Assembly (NCBI GenBank): GCA_903857165.1
Contig: CAIODU010000219.1
Location: forward strand, 5,172-69,171
DNA length: 64,000 nt
Direction of reading: 5' to 3'
From: an uncultured Methylococcaceae bacterium
GTDB lineage: Bacteria; Pseudomonadota; Gammaproteobacteria; Methylococcales; Methylococcaceae
The position numbers and the translations under genes were made by a program. Positions 35,105 to 45,107 of this stretch are shown in pieces. Position 1 is the first letter of the stretch; every line of letters begins with the position of its first letter. The notes under the pieces are model-generated. The model saw only the letters and a list, made by a program, of their open reading frames with translations, was not told the DNA's origin and did not search any database.

Positions 35105-36685
35105 TCAGAATTGATAATACAAAAATTCACTGGATTTTGTGATGTATACCAAGCCAATAAGTGCTATTGTCGCAATACAGACAGACCAAACTGGGTTGGG
35201 TTCCCAGAGTATTTTCGTTACGCTGTTTTTATCTCCACGATATGAGTTTAATGCCGGAAAGTACTTCCCCATGATTTGCTGTGTGTTTGGCATGAACCAT
35301 ATCAGAAACCCAAGATATGACACCATTTTAATCGCGTCCGAATTAAAACCAGTGTCAGACACCCTGGAGTTTAGGTTTTTGAATGAAACTCCAAGGGCGG
35401 AAATAACTGGTTCAAGCGAACCAAATAGGTACTGCCATTCCACAGGCAACGCTATGCCATTTAATCCTAACATTCCCTTGGCCATAAGGATTGCCCCGTT
35501 AAGGTCTTGCGTCCTAAAAAAGGCGATTGAAAAAATAAACGCAGCCATGGTCAATGCGCAACCCATGAAGCGGCCCAGCCAAGTTGACCGCCTCATATCC
35601 TGCCCCAAACTGCGGCGTATATTTCGCCAAATATGGTTGACTGTCAGGTAGAAACCATGGAGTGCACCCCAGATCAAATAATTCCATCCAGCACCATGCC
35701 ATAAACCACCGACCAACATGGTTAGGCTAAGGTTCAACATGAGCCGCCATGATTTTTGCCTGCCATGGCTTAACGGGGTGTAAACATAGTCGCGCAGAAA
35801 ACGGGATAACGTCATATGCCAACGCCGCCAGAATTCAAAGATATTAACGGCTTTGTATGGGGAATGAAAATTTAGTGGTAGCTTAATTCCAAATAGGAGA
35901 GAACCTCCAATAGCCATGTCAGAGTAACCTGAAAAGTCGAAATATAACTGAAATATATAACAGATTCCACCTAGCCATGCCTCAAAAAAAGTTAACGCCT
36001 GTCCCTTCGCCGCAAATGCGAAGAATGTTACTGCGTAGGGGGCTATGCCATCAGCCAAAACGGTTTTTTTGAACAAACCAATAAAAAAAACAGTGATTCC
36101 AACCGCTATATAATCTAGATTTGGTTTATAAATTGATTCTTGGGAGAATTGTGGGATTATTTCTTTATGATGTAGAATAGGCCCAGCGATCAAATGTGGG
36201 AAATATGTGATAAAAAGAGCATAATGTGTAAAGTTATAATCTTGTATTTCGCCTCGATATGCATCAACCAAAAAAGCTATTTGCGTAAAGGTAAAAAAGG
36301 AAATGCCAAGAGGGAGGATAATCTCTCCTAAATTCCAATTTGTCCCAACCAGCGTATTAACATTTTCCATGAAAAAATTAGCATATTTATAATAGCCAAG
36401 TAGGGACAAGTCAACTATCAAACCTGTGAGTAATAAAGTCCTGCAAAGACCGCTTTTAACCCTTTGTTGTTTCGCACTTACTATTCCAGCACCTATGGCA
36501 TAATTAAAAATTATTGAACCTACAAGCAATGGAATATAATGTGGATTCCACCAACCATAGAAAAATAACGACGCGACTACGAGCCATGAAGAAGCAAATC
36601 GCTGGCTAAACCTCCCGATGCTAAAGAATATTACTAAAGTGATAGGGAGAAATAAAAAAATAAAGGGATAGGAATTAAATAGCAT
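35105..36685 (-). CDS. MBOAT family O-acyltransferase (AlgI/DltB-like)
   Basis: MLFNSYPFIFLFLPITLVIFF..., FWRRWHMTLSRFLRDYVY, GLWHGAGWNYLIWG (conserved His). Confidence 0.9.
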   Translation of the reverse strand: MLFNSYPFIFLFLPITLVIFFSIGRFSQRFASSWLVVASLFFYGWWNPHYIPLLVGSIIFNYAIGAGIVSAKQQRVKSGLCRTLLLTGLIVDLSLLGYYKYANFFMENVNTLVGTNWNLGEIILPLGISFFTFTQIAFLVDAYRGEIQDYNFTHYALFITYFPHLIAGPILHHKEIIPQFSQESIYKPNLDYIAVGITVFFIGLFKKTVLADGIAPYAVTFFAFAAKGQALTFFEAWLGGICYIFQLYFDFSGYSDMAIGGSLLFGIKLPLNFHSPYKAVNIFEFWRRWHMTLSRFLRDYVYTPLSHGRQKSWRLMLNLSLTMLVGGLWHGAGWNYLIWGALHGFYLTVNHIWRNIRRSLGQDMRRSTWLGRFMGCALTMAAFIFSIAFFRTQDLNGAILMAKGMLGLNGIALPVEWQYLFGSLEPVISALGVSFKNLNSRVSDTGFNSDAIKMVSYLGFLIWFMPNTQQIMGKYFPALNSYRGDKNSVTKILWEPNPVWSVCIATIALIGLVYITKSSEFLYYQF

Positions 36686-36846
36686 ACTTATCTACGGTTG
36701 TCTTAAGGTAAAATCGTCTGTTTGATTGTTGTTTTTTGAAATCCAAAAGCTTGGAGGCGCATCATCTGGGTAGCCAACAAGGGCAGAAGCTAATGACGGA
36801 TACCCCCAGATGTTGGAATATTATTATCCCCTTCCGTAAATCACGT

Positions 36847-38514
36847 CTATTGTACTCCCTGCATTCCCTTAGGCAATTTTAAGATAAAGACAGGGTCTTT
36901 TTCTTTTTTTACTCCGGATTTAGGTGGATTCTTGGCTTTTTGCTGGTCTATCCAACTTAAAGGTTGGCTGGGTTCGGCCTTGGCGGGTTTGTTCGGATCA
37001 GGCTTGTTGATTTTTGCCGGTTCGGCAGTGGCCGGTTTGGCCGTATCAAGCTTGACCGGTTTTATCGGTTCGGCAGTGGCCGGTTTGGCCGTATCAAGCT
37101 TGGCCGGTTTTGCCGGTTCGGCTTTATCCTCTTTCTTCGGCACTGGGGCAGCGACTGGTTTTGGCGGGACATAATCCTTAGCGGGTTTGACAATTTCACT
37201 TTTTGTGTTGAAATCCGCCAACAGGGCGTTCTGGGCTTTGCGGGCGGTTTGCTCTTGAGTGAATGGGCCACCAACGACTTGGTAACGCTGGTTTCTGGCG
37301 ACGGTGTAGGCCGGGATTCTCGGCCCTAAATGGTTCATTTGCGCCGCCAGTTTCTTGGCCCTGTATTCGTCCTCGGATTCCATGGTGCGAATGAACCAGC
37401 CGGACTTGCCCCGTTCTGCCTTTTCAGGCTGGCCGAACAATTGGCCGGGGCGTTCCAATGGGGCGGCGGCGGCAACGATCTCTTTAAGGCTAGGGGTGTT
37501 TTCAAAAATCGGTGTAGGGATGCCACGATTTTGTTTGAGTACCCCCTCGACTTTAGGCCAGTCTATTTTGTGCTGCGATTGCTTGGCGATGCGTTGGATC
37601 TCATCCATGATCTTCTTTTTTTCCACTGCGGCATCCACTTCCTCGTAAGGCTCATGGGCTTCCAGGTAGGGCTCGCCATTCAGCCAACCCAATAAATAGG
37701 GCTGGTTGACGATTAGGACAGGTGTTTTGGCTGGAATGTCCCGAAAGGCAAGCGCTATGTCTTCGGGATACAGTCGTATGCAGCCGTTGCTGGCGCGTAG
37801 GCCAATGCTAAAGGGTTTGTTCGTGCCGTGGATGAGATAGCTTGCCTTGCTCAAATACAAGGCAAAATCGCCCAATGGGTTGTCTGGTCCGGGTGGGACT
37901 ATCGGAGGGAGCGGGTCGCCTTGTTCCGCATGGGTTTTGCGGATGGAGTCCGGCACATACCAAGTCGGATGTTGCATCTTGCGGGCCACCGCCATCATCC
38001 CCAAGGGGGTTGAACGGCCCTCCCGACCTATGCCGATGGGCCAAGTCATCAATGCGGGTTGCTTGCCGGGTTTGAAATAAAACAGCCGCATGGTGGCCAC
38101 ATTGATGACCACACCCTCGCGCTTGGCATTCGGCAAGGTGAATTGCATCGGCAAAATGGCACGGGTGCCGGGTTGCGGAACCCAGATGTCCACGCCGGGA
38201 TTGGCGTCGACGATGTGCTGGTAACCCAAGCCAAAATGGCGTGCAATATCCAGCAGAGTGTCGCCTTCACGCAGGGGTACGACCGCCAAACGACCGACTA
38301 GGCTGTCCTTCCCATTTAGTTGGAAATTATGGTCTTGGATAGCCTCAGCCGTTGCCGGGACGGCCACCGGTTGTTCGGGTTCGCCCCAAAAATCAACCAG
38401 TGGCGGCGGATTGTAAGGGTTGACCCTGTTCATTTCGGCACAGCCGGAAAGCAAACCGACGAGCAGTAACAAACAGTGCAATCTGCCCCATTCAGTAAAA
38501 AAGATTGGGATCAT
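36847..38514 (-). CDS. L,D-transpeptidase with LysM, YkuD and SPOR-like domains and a Pro/Ala/Lys repeat tail
   Basis: LysM: REGDTLLDIARHFGLGYQHIVDANPG. YkuD: YLIHGTNKPFSIGLRASNGCIRL. SPOR-like: WFIRTMESEDEYRAKKLAAQM...YQVVGGPF. Confidence 0.85.
   Translation of the reverse strand: MIPIFFTEWGRLHCLLLLVGLLSGCAEMNRVNPYNPPPLVDFWGEPEQPVAVPATAEAIQDHNFQLNGKDSLVGRLAVVPLREGDTLLDIARHFGLGYQHIVDANPGVDIWVPQPGTRAILPMQFTLPNAKREGVVINVATMRLFYFKPGKQPALMTWPIGIGREGRSTPLGMMAVARKMQHPTWYVPDSIRKTHAEQGDPLPPIVPPGPDNPLGDFALYLSKASYLIHGTNKPFSIGLRASNGCIRLYPEDIALAFRDIPAKTPVLIVNQPYLLGWLNGEPYLEAHEPYEEVDAAVEKKKIMDEIQRIAKQSQHKIDWPKVEGVLKQNRGIPTPIFENTPSLKEIVAAAAPLERPGQLFGQPEKAERGKSGWFIRTMESEDEYRAKKLAAQMNHLGPRIPAYTVARNQRYQVVGGPFTQEQTARKAQNALLADFNTKSEIVKPAKDYVPPKPVAAPVPKKEDKAEPAKPAKLDTAKPATAEPIKPVKLDTAKPATAEPAKINKPDPNKPAKAEPSQPLSWIDQQKAKNPPKSGVKKEKDPVFILKLPKGMQGVQ
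36971..37122. repeat. 48-nt tandem repeat (3 units, the first degenerate) inside the L,D-transpeptidase 3' region
   Basis: GGTTCGGCAGTGGCCGGTTTGGCCGTATCAAGCTTG(A/G)CCGGTTTT(A/G)(T/C)C occurs at 37019 and at 37067. It encodes KP(A/V)KLDTAKPATAEP(I/A) repeats. Confidence 0.7.
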
Positions 38515-39353
38515 GGTTTAGTCTTGTGTGGCTTAATGTTTTCTCGCGGTTTTTGGCCTGCTTGGTTAGCTGGAGACTTTCCTGCTGGAGCTTTGGCCCG
38601 TAAAGAAGGCATTTTCTCCGGTTTGTCGACTGGCTTCTGTTGCAGTGATTTCATTTTCGGTTTTTCTGCGGTGCGGGCAGGTTTATCATCGGCCTTCGCC
38701 GTGGCCACATCGGCCTTGGGCTCGGGCGGGTTCCCAAGACCGGCAGTGGCCGCTTCAAAGGCTTTTTCATCTTGTTCGGCCCTGAGTTTGCGGGTTTCGC
38801 CCATCAGCCGAAGTGCTTCATCCCTTTCCCCCGGGGTGAGTTCTTCCTCCAGGCTTTTCCGTCCCTTGGCGGCTTCCTTGTTGCCCTGTTCCTCAGCCAT
38901 GGTGTACCAATAAAACGCCAAAGCGCGATTTTTGACCATGCCATCGCCTGCGGCATAAAGCGAGCCGAGGATGGATTGGGCGCTGGTTTCGCCCGAATCC
39001 GCGGCTTTTTGGAACCAACGAGCTGCCTCCGTCGTATCTTTTGGAATGCCCAGGCCATAAAAGTAGAGGATGCCCAACTTGGTTTGCGCCATGCGCTCGC
39101 CTTGATCGGCGGCCTTCAGATACCAGTGCTGGGCTAAATGATAATTTTGTTCCACCCCCAAGCCTTTCATATAAAGATTGCCAAGGTTGACTTGTGCCGC
39201 GGCATTGCCCTTATCCGCCAAGGGTTTGAAGTTTTCAAACGCAGCAGGGTAATCCCGGCGGACGATGGCAAGAATACCCGCTTGAAAGTCTGCGTATGCG
39301 CTGACTGAGGCAAACATTGCAGTGGCAAGAAAAAAATGTCGGAAATATTTCAC
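38511..39353 (-). CDS. Sel1-repeat (TPR-like) secreted protein
   Basis: Signal peptide, then repeated units of A.W..KAA.QG...AQ..LG.LY..G.GV.. Confidence 0.85.
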   Translation of the reverse strand: MKYFRHFFLATAMFASVSAYADFQAGILAIVRRDYPAAFENFKPLADKGNAAAQVNLGNLYMKGLGVEQNYHLAQHWYLKAADQGERMAQTKLGILYFYGLGIPKDTTEAARWFQKAADSGETSAQSILGSLYAAGDGMVKNRALAFYWYTMAEEQGNKEAAKGRKSLEEELTPGERDEALRLMGETRKLRAEQDEKAFEAATAGLGNPPEPKADVATAKADDKPARTAEKPKMKSLQQKPVDKPEKMPSLRAKAPAGKSPANQAGQKPRENIKPHKTKP

Positions 39354-40342
39354 GATGAACCCACTTGCAAAATAATCTTGCCGATATGCGTCCCGCTTTC
39401 CATCAAATGATGTGCGGCAGCCGCCGCCTCCAAATTGAAAACAGCATGGACAACCGGTTTGACATCCCCCGCTTCAAGCTTGGGCCAGACATGCTCCAGC
39501 AAGCCACGGGCGATCTGGGCTTTTTCAGCCACGCTGCGGGGGCGCAGGGTGGAACCGGTGACAGTAAGGCGTTTGAGCATGATGGGAGCCAAGTTAATTT
39601 GTGTTTTTGAACCGTTCTGGGCGGCGATTTGAACCAATCGGCCATCCTGGGCCAGACAGGACAGATTGCGTTGCAAATAATCGCCGCCGACGATGTCCAA
39701 GATCACATCTACGCCGCGATCCTGAGTTATGACCAAAACAACGGCGACAAAATCCTGTTCCCGATAATTGATGGCGTTGGCATCCAAGGATTCGCAAAAG
39801 AGACGTTTCTCCTCGGTTCCCGCCGTGGCAAAGACTGTGCAGCCAAATGCTCGGGCCAATTGTATCGCAGCCACACCGATGCCGCTGGTTCCGCCATGGA
39901 TTAGCAAACTCTCCCCAGGCTGCAATTTCCCCCGCACGAAAACATTGGCCCAAACCGTGAAAAAAGTTTCCGGCAGCGAGGCGGCTTGAATCCAATCCAA
40001 GCCCTTGGGGATAGGCAGGCACAAGGGTGCAGCCGCAACGCAATATTCCGCATAGCCGCCTCCGGTGACCAATGCGCAAACTTCATCCCCCAGTCGCAGG
40101 GCTGAGATGCCATGGCTAAGGGCTACGACTCTACCGGCGATCTCCAGCCCAGGAATGTCCGAGGCGTTGGGTGGCGGTGGATAGATCCCCTTTCTTTGCA
40201 TGACATCAGGACGGTTGACCCCGGCGGCTTCCACTTGGATCAACACTTCGCCCGGGCCAGGGTTGGGGATTGGCCGTCGGCAGGGCTTCAGCATGTCCGG
40301 CCCGCCGAAGCCTGTGATTTCGGTGGCGGTCATTAAATTCAT
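39350..40342 (-). CDS. qor: NAD(P)H:quinone oxidoreductase (zinc-independent MDR, PIG3/Qor type)
   Basis: GEVLIQVEAAGVNRPDVMQRKGIYPPPP, LIHGGTSGIGVAAIQLA. 4-nt overlap with the Sel1 gene. Confidence 0.88.
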   Translation of the reverse strand: MNLMTATEITGFGGPDMLKPCRRPIPNPGPGEVLIQVEAAGVNRPDVMQRKGIYPPPPNASDIPGLEIAGRVVALSHGISALRLGDEVCALVTGGGYAEYCVAAAPLCLPIPKGLDWIQAASLPETFFTVWANVFVRGKLQPGESLLIHGGTSGIGVAAIQLARAFGCTVFATAGTEEKRLFCESLDANAINYREQDFVAVVLVITQDRGVDVILDIVGGDYLQRNLSCLAQDGRLVQIAAQNGSKTQINLAPIMLKRLTVTGSTLRPRSVAEKAQIARGLLEHVWPKLEAGDVKPVVHAVFNLEAAAAAHHLMESGTHIGKIILQVGSS

Positions 40343-40432
40343 TGAGTCGACTATGACCTAAAATTTATCAGGGAACGGAGATTTAAAGCGGAAACAGGTG
40401 GCAAGGTCAAGTTTTTGGATTGCGCGGGCCGG

Positions 40433-40482
40433 CAGGGCGGCAACCCTTTGCCGCCATCCGTTGGCTTGGGTTTGCCAACCTA
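40433..40482. repeat. GTAGG-family REP doublet (degenerate head)
   Basis: AGGGCGGCAACCCTTTGCCGCC, 5 nt, then GTTGGCTTGGGTTTGCCAACCTAC. Confidence 0.65.
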
Positions 40483-40616
40483 CACGCCACGGCATTATTC
40501 TGGGATTATATACCCAACACCGCTATTTTCGGCATTTGCGGTGTTCCAATTCTACAAATTGCCATCTCCATGGCGTAAAATAATGGCGTTCGTTAATTCA
40601 GCCACCCTGAACCGCC

Positions 40617-41408
40617 ATGCTCGAAGCACTTGCCCAGATCGTCAGAACCGCCGCCCGCGAAGAATTGCTCCCCCTCTTCGCCGAAGCCGAACGGCGTTAC
40701 AAACCCGACGGGAGCATTGTCACCGATGCAGACTTCGCAATGCAGCGGCGTATGACAGTCGAATTGGCGACCCTTGCGCCACAATACCGGCTGTTGGGTG
40801 AAGAAATGACCGGCGATGAGCAAAGCGAATTGCTCGATTCGAGCGAGGGTGGATTGTGGTGCCTGGACCCTCTGGACGGGACGAGCAACTTTGCCAGCGG
40901 GGTTCCGTTTTTTTCCGTGTCATTGGGTTTGCTGATCGAACGCAAGCCCTATTTAGGATTGGTCTACGATCCAATTCGCGACGAATGCTTCACGGCAATC
41001 AAAGGCCAAGGCAGCAGACTGAACGGCAAGCCTTTGCCATGCGGACCGGTGGGGCTGCCTTTGCGCAAAGTCATTGCCGTGGTTGATTTCAAGCGACTTT
41101 CGCCGCAATTGGCAGGCGCATTGGTTTCGCGCCCACCGTATAGTTCGCAGCGAAACTTTGGCTCGGTGGCTTTGGAATGGTCATGGCTGGCGGCAAGGCG
41201 ATTTCAAGTGTATTTGCACGGCAGACAAATGCTGTGGGACTACGCAGCCGGGGCGTTAATCCTGTCCGAGGCGGGAGGTTGCGTGGAAAACCTCCATGGC
41301 GAACCGATTTTTTCCCCGCAACTGCAACCCAGTTCTGCCGTGGCAGCCTGTGACCCTATTCTTTTTGCGGATTGGAAAAACTGGTTGGACAGTCACAAAT
41401 CGCCGTGA
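40617..41408 (+). CDS. inositol monophosphatase family protein
   Basis: LLGEEM...WCLDPLDGTSNFASGVPFFSVSLGL...WDYAAGALILSEAGG. Confidence 0.85.
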   Translation: MLEALAQIVRTAAREELLPLFAEAERRYKPDGSIVTDADFAMQRRMTVELATLAPQYRLLGEEMTGDEQSELLDSSEGGLWCLDPLDGTSNFASGVPFFSVSLGLLIERKPYLGLVYDPIRDECFTAIKGQGSRLNGKPLPCGPVGLPLRKVIAVVDFKRLSPQLAGALVSRPPYSSQRNFGSVALEWSWLAARRFQVYLHGRQMLWDYAAGALILSEAGGCVENLHGEPIFSPQLQPSSAVAACDPILFADWKNWLDSHKSP

Positions 41409-41688
41409 ACACACTTAAGGACTGTTACGGGAATGCCTTAGCCGCATGGCCTTTAGACCACCAAAGCTCACTGTAAGGACACCCTGCAACGGGGATTTTA
41501 TCTCTCGATAACCGCCCAAGGAGAATTTTTTCGCCGAGTAACGGCATAGGCTTTTGGAAATATACCCCATGTCCATGTAAAATGCCCCCTCACAAGCCGG
41601 ATTCCATTTTGCGCATCGTCGGCAACCGATGATGCGTTGATGTCCCGTCCCCTAACAATTTACAGACCTGATGTAGGAAACCATAAAG

Positions 41689-42012
41689 ATGACTTTCGTA
41701 GTGACCGAAAATTGCATTAAGTGCAAATTCACTGATTGCGTGGATGTTTGCCCCGTCGATTGTTTTCACGAAGGGCCGAATTTCCTCGTGATTGATCCCG
41801 ACGAATGCATTGATTGTTCCCTTTGCGAGCCGGAATGCCCGGCCCATGCGATCTATTCCGAAGATGAAGTCCCGACTGACCAGCAGCAGTTCATCGAACT
41901 CAACAAAGATTTGGCGAAAATCTGGCCGGTCATCACCGAGGTCAAAGCGCCATCGTCCGATGCCGAAGAATGGAAGGATAAAAGCGGAAAATTAGAATAC
42001 CTGGAACGATGA
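41689..42012 (+). CDS. fdxA: 7Fe ferredoxin ([3Fe-4S][4Fe-4S], Azotobacter type)
   Basis: [51 protein letters not shown]. Confidence 0.92.
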   Translation: MTFVVTENCIKCKFTDCVDVCPVDCFHEGPNFLVIDPDECIDCSLCEPECPAHAIYSEDEVPTDQQQFIELNKDLAKIWPVITEVKAPSSDAEEWKDKSGKLEYLER

Positions 42013-42383
42013 AACTCCAGCAACTACGCTATATTTAGGAAATTACCCGGCATGAAGTCAATGTGTCTGCCACGGCGGACAACCTAGGTACATCCCAACC
42101 CGGCATCAGCAAGCAATGACGGATGCTGGATGACGAGTCGGGTGTGCCGATTTTCGCCCGCAACGGGAAACATCTGTCCGAAATTACGGATGTAGGGAAG
42201 TTAATTGTCGCCATTGCCGGGGAAATCCCCGGCTGTGCGCAGGACATCAAAAAAATCGCCCAAGATCACTTCGCCTTTTCGCACCCGCATTTGACGTAGG
42301 ACATTATCCATGCAGCCCTCGGGCTCAGGGAAAGGCATGAAGCCGAAGAACTGTTTAAGCAAATTCCATTGCCAGTCCGGTAG
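42009..42383 (+). pseudogene. cysB: decayed CysB/Cbl-type LysR-family regulator: three in-frame stops and loss of the effector-binding domain
   Basis: A single frame reads [121 protein letters not shown]. It aligns to the CysB N-terminal HTH and then jumps to the CysB C-terminal ~40 aa. Confidence 0.8.
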
Positions 42384-42508
42384 TATTGTTTTCCCGATTT
42401 TATCGGCTACCGATAGGCAAGCTGACGGCTGTCATTTCAGAGAAACCGGGCAATTAAAGACGGTCGAATCATTGGCTAAGGCAATCGGGGAAGCGCGTTA
42501 AAAACCTC

Positions 42509-43924
42509 TTATATTTTCCAAACCTTCCGCCAATAATAATAAGGTATCCCTGCTGCAAGGATCACAAGCCCTACAAGGGCATGTCTGCGTTCCTCTGGAT
42601 TCATCAATAAGGTTATAATGAAGCCAATGGCAACAATGATGAATAAGGCAGGGGTGAACGGGTATCCACCACAACGATAAGGCCGGGCTAGGTTGGGCCG
42701 GGTGAATCTTAAGCGATACACCGCCGCGACGGTCAGGCAGTAAAATAAGAAACTGTCAAAGACGACAAAGGAAGTGATATCGTGAAACTTTTCCAGATAA
42801 AGTACAATAAATACCGCCCAAATCGCCTGAGTCCAAATGGCTATCGTTGGCGTCCCGTATTTCGGGTGTACCCAATTTAATGCTTGCGGAACCAGATTGT
42901 CCTCGGCCATGGCATAGAAGGCACGGGTGGAAGACAGCATATTCGGATTTGCCGCACCTAAAATGGAAATCGCAACCAACAAGGTCAGATAATCTGCAAC
43001 CTGCGGTGAAAATATCCGAGCCACCGTGAGATAGGGTACTTGTTGGTTCGCCCCTATGGGCAGTCCGCGCATTTCCTGAAATGGCACCCAATACATATAA
43101 ATGGCATTGATGGCGGTGTAGATGGTAATGACAACGAGCATTCCCGCAATCAAACCCAGAGGCAAATTGCGCTCAGGCCGTTTCAATTCTGCGGAATTGA
43201 ACGGCAATTGATACCAGCCTTCATACGCCCAGAAAATGCCAATGAAAGCAGTTAGCACACCGGCGATATTCAATTCTGCGGGTGGGTTTGCCACAGATAG
43301 GATGGCATGGGTATCGCCATGCTTGGAAACCAGTAACCCGCCAATCACAATCAACCCCAGTGAACCCAGTTTGGCAAAGGTCGATAGATTTTGCAGTATC
43401 GCGCCAAACATCACGCCGAAGTGATTGACTAAGGCGAGCAAGAGGATCATCACCGAAGCAACTATGGAAGGCATCAGGGTATGGGCTTGACTTATCGAAG
43501 GATCGAGATGGAAAACTGGCAATAGATATTCAGCGAAGGCGGTGGACAAAGCCGCCATGGTACCGCTATTGATCCCCCAAAAAAATACCCAGCCGAATAG
43601 AAAAGCGACTTCTTCCCCCCAAGCTTCGCGCAGAAACACATATTGTCCGCCCGCTTCGGGGAACATCGCCCCCAATTCGGCATACGCAAAGGCACCGCAT
43701 AAGCAAACTAAACCAAGGACGAACCACAATGAGAATATCCAGGCGACCGAAGGCAGGCTTTGGGCGATGATTAACGGTTTCAAAAAAATCCCCGAACCGA
43801 TAACCGCGCCTGCAGTTATCGAGATTGCGCTAGTAAGGCCCAGTCGGCGCTGAAGATGGCCAGGATGTGATTGCATAGTTTCAAATGGAAAAAGTAATGT
43901 CATGGATGAATTGTGCCGGGCCAA
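42509..43924 (-). CDS. APC-superfamily amino acid permease
   Basis: 471 aa with ~12 TM helices and the typical N-terminal GAVIGSGIFLKP motif. Confidence 0.85.
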   Translation of the reverse strand: MARHNSSMTLLFPFETMQSHPGHLQRRLGLTSAISITAGAVIGSGIFLKPLIIAQSLPSVAWIFSLWFVLGLVCLCGAFAYAELGAMFPEAGGQYVFLREAWGEEVAFLFGWVFFWGINSGTMAALSTAFAEYLLPVFHLDPSISQAHTLMPSIVASVMILLLALVNHFGVMFGAILQNLSTFAKLGSLGLIVIGGLLVSKHGDTHAILSVANPPAELNIAGVLTAFIGIFWAYEGWYQLPFNSAELKRPERNLPLGLIAGMLVVITIYTAINAIYMYWVPFQEMRGLPIGANQQVPYLTVARIFSPQVADYLTLLVAISILGAANPNMLSSTRAFYAMAEDNLVPQALNWVHPKYGTPTIAIWTQAIWAVFIVLYLEKFHDITSFVVFDSFLFYCLTVAAVYRLRFTRPNLARPYRCGGYPFTPALFIIVAIGFIITLLMNPEERRHALVGLVILAAGIPYYYWRKVWKI

Positions 43925-43936
43925 GGGCGATTGCCG

Positions 43937-43962
43937 GAAATGCCCGTTTGGGCGGGCATTTC
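43937..43962 (-). terminator. 10-bp-stem hairpin downstream of the GT2-GtrA gene
   Basis: GAAATGCCCG-tttggg-CGGGCATTTC. No clear U-tract. Confidence 0.3.
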
Positions 43963-44000
43963 GACTACACTCAAGACAGGCTTATTCCGGCCCACTCTTA

Positions 44001-45107
44001 CTAATTTTCATCCACCTGTTTGAATGTCCAGTAAGAATTGAGGAAATAATTAAGCAGGGTGGCCGGAATGATGCCGACTAACTGATGTAACTGGGGGGGT
44101 ACTTCTGGGAAGAATATTGACAAGGCCACAAAGGTTCCATAGCTTACGCCTAGTGCAAGAAAAGAGACGGCATTGAATTTCAAACCCCGGATTCTTGCCC
44201 GGTCTTTGGTCTTGCGCCAGCGAAATGTCCAGAAGTTATTCAGCAGAAAGTTGGAAATTATGGATATTTCGATAGCCATCGGGGATGCTATATATTTGTT
44301 TATCCCTGCGGTAAGGAATAGCGTGAAGAAACCTAGGTTGACCACTACACCCGAAGCACCGACGACGGCAAACTTGAGAAAGGTCTTCAGACTGTCGAAG
44401 CGAATCCACCAGGCATTGAGGATAAATTCAATGATGTCTTTCACCCCAAGTTTAGACTCACCTTCAGTCCGGTCTATGAAATCAACCGGTATTTCAGTAA
44501 TGCTGGCTTTGAGCACCAACGCTTGGTGCAGAAGCGCGACTTGAAACGCATAGCCTTTCACACCCAATTCAGAAAAGTCAATATTGCGCAAAATCGATGC
44601 GCGAATCGCCCGAAAACCCGCAGTGCAATCTTGGACATGATAAAGTCCGGCAAGGTATCTTGCCACTATATTGCCAAATTTTGAATTTAACCGACGGCGA
44701 ACCCCCCATTCTTTTGGTATGCTGCCGCCTAGGACATAACGACTGCCAATGACAAAGTCGGCACCTTTGTCGATCTCTGCCATCAGTCTCGGCACATCCT
44801 CGGGTTTGTGAGAAAAATCCGCATCCATTTCAAAAACCACGTCGGCATCCAAGTTTTCCATGGCATGGGCAATGCCTCTGGTGTAGGCAACCCCCAGTCC
44901 AGCCTTTTCACCCGTCAACAAATGTACGTTATTGAAGCGTGATTGTAATTTCTTCACTTCCCCGGCAGTTCCATCCGGGGAGTTGTCATCAACGACAAGG
45001 ATGTGCATGTCGTGCGTCATCCCAGAAAACCGGTATTGCAAGGCATGGATGAGACGTACTATATTTTTACTTTCATTGTAAGTTGGAATTATAATTATTG
45101 CTTTCAT
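44001..45107 (-). CDS. family-2 glycosyltransferase (polyprenyl-phosphate sugar synthase-like) fused to a GtrA-like membrane domain
   Basis: IIIPTYNESKNI...VVDDNSPDGT...FEMDADFSH, then 4 TM helices with the GtrA-type FAVVGASGVVVNLG. Confidence 0.85.
   Translation of the reverse strand: MKAIIIIPTYNESKNIVRLIHALQYRFSGMTHDMHILVVDDNSPDGTAGEVKKLQSRFNNVHLLTGEKAGLGVAYTRGIAHAMENLDADVVFEMDADFSHKPEDVPRLMAEIDKGADFVIGSRYVLGGSIPKEWGVRRRLNSKFGNIVARYLAGLYHVQDCTAGFRAIRASILRNIDFSELGVKGYAFQVALLHQALVLKASITEIPVDFIDRTEGESKLGVKDIIEFILNAWWIRFDSLKTFLKFAVVGASGVVVNLGFFTLFLTAGINKYIASPMAIEISIISNFLLNNFWTFRWRKTKDRARIRGLKFNAVSFLALGVSYGTFVALSIFFPEVPPQLHQLVGIIPATLLNYFLNSYWTFKQVDEN

Noticed and set aside
42310-42501. 63-aa ORF downstream of fdxA.
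   Set aside because: It is an out-of-frame reading of the cysB relic and the following spacer. The cysB-like frame explains the region better.
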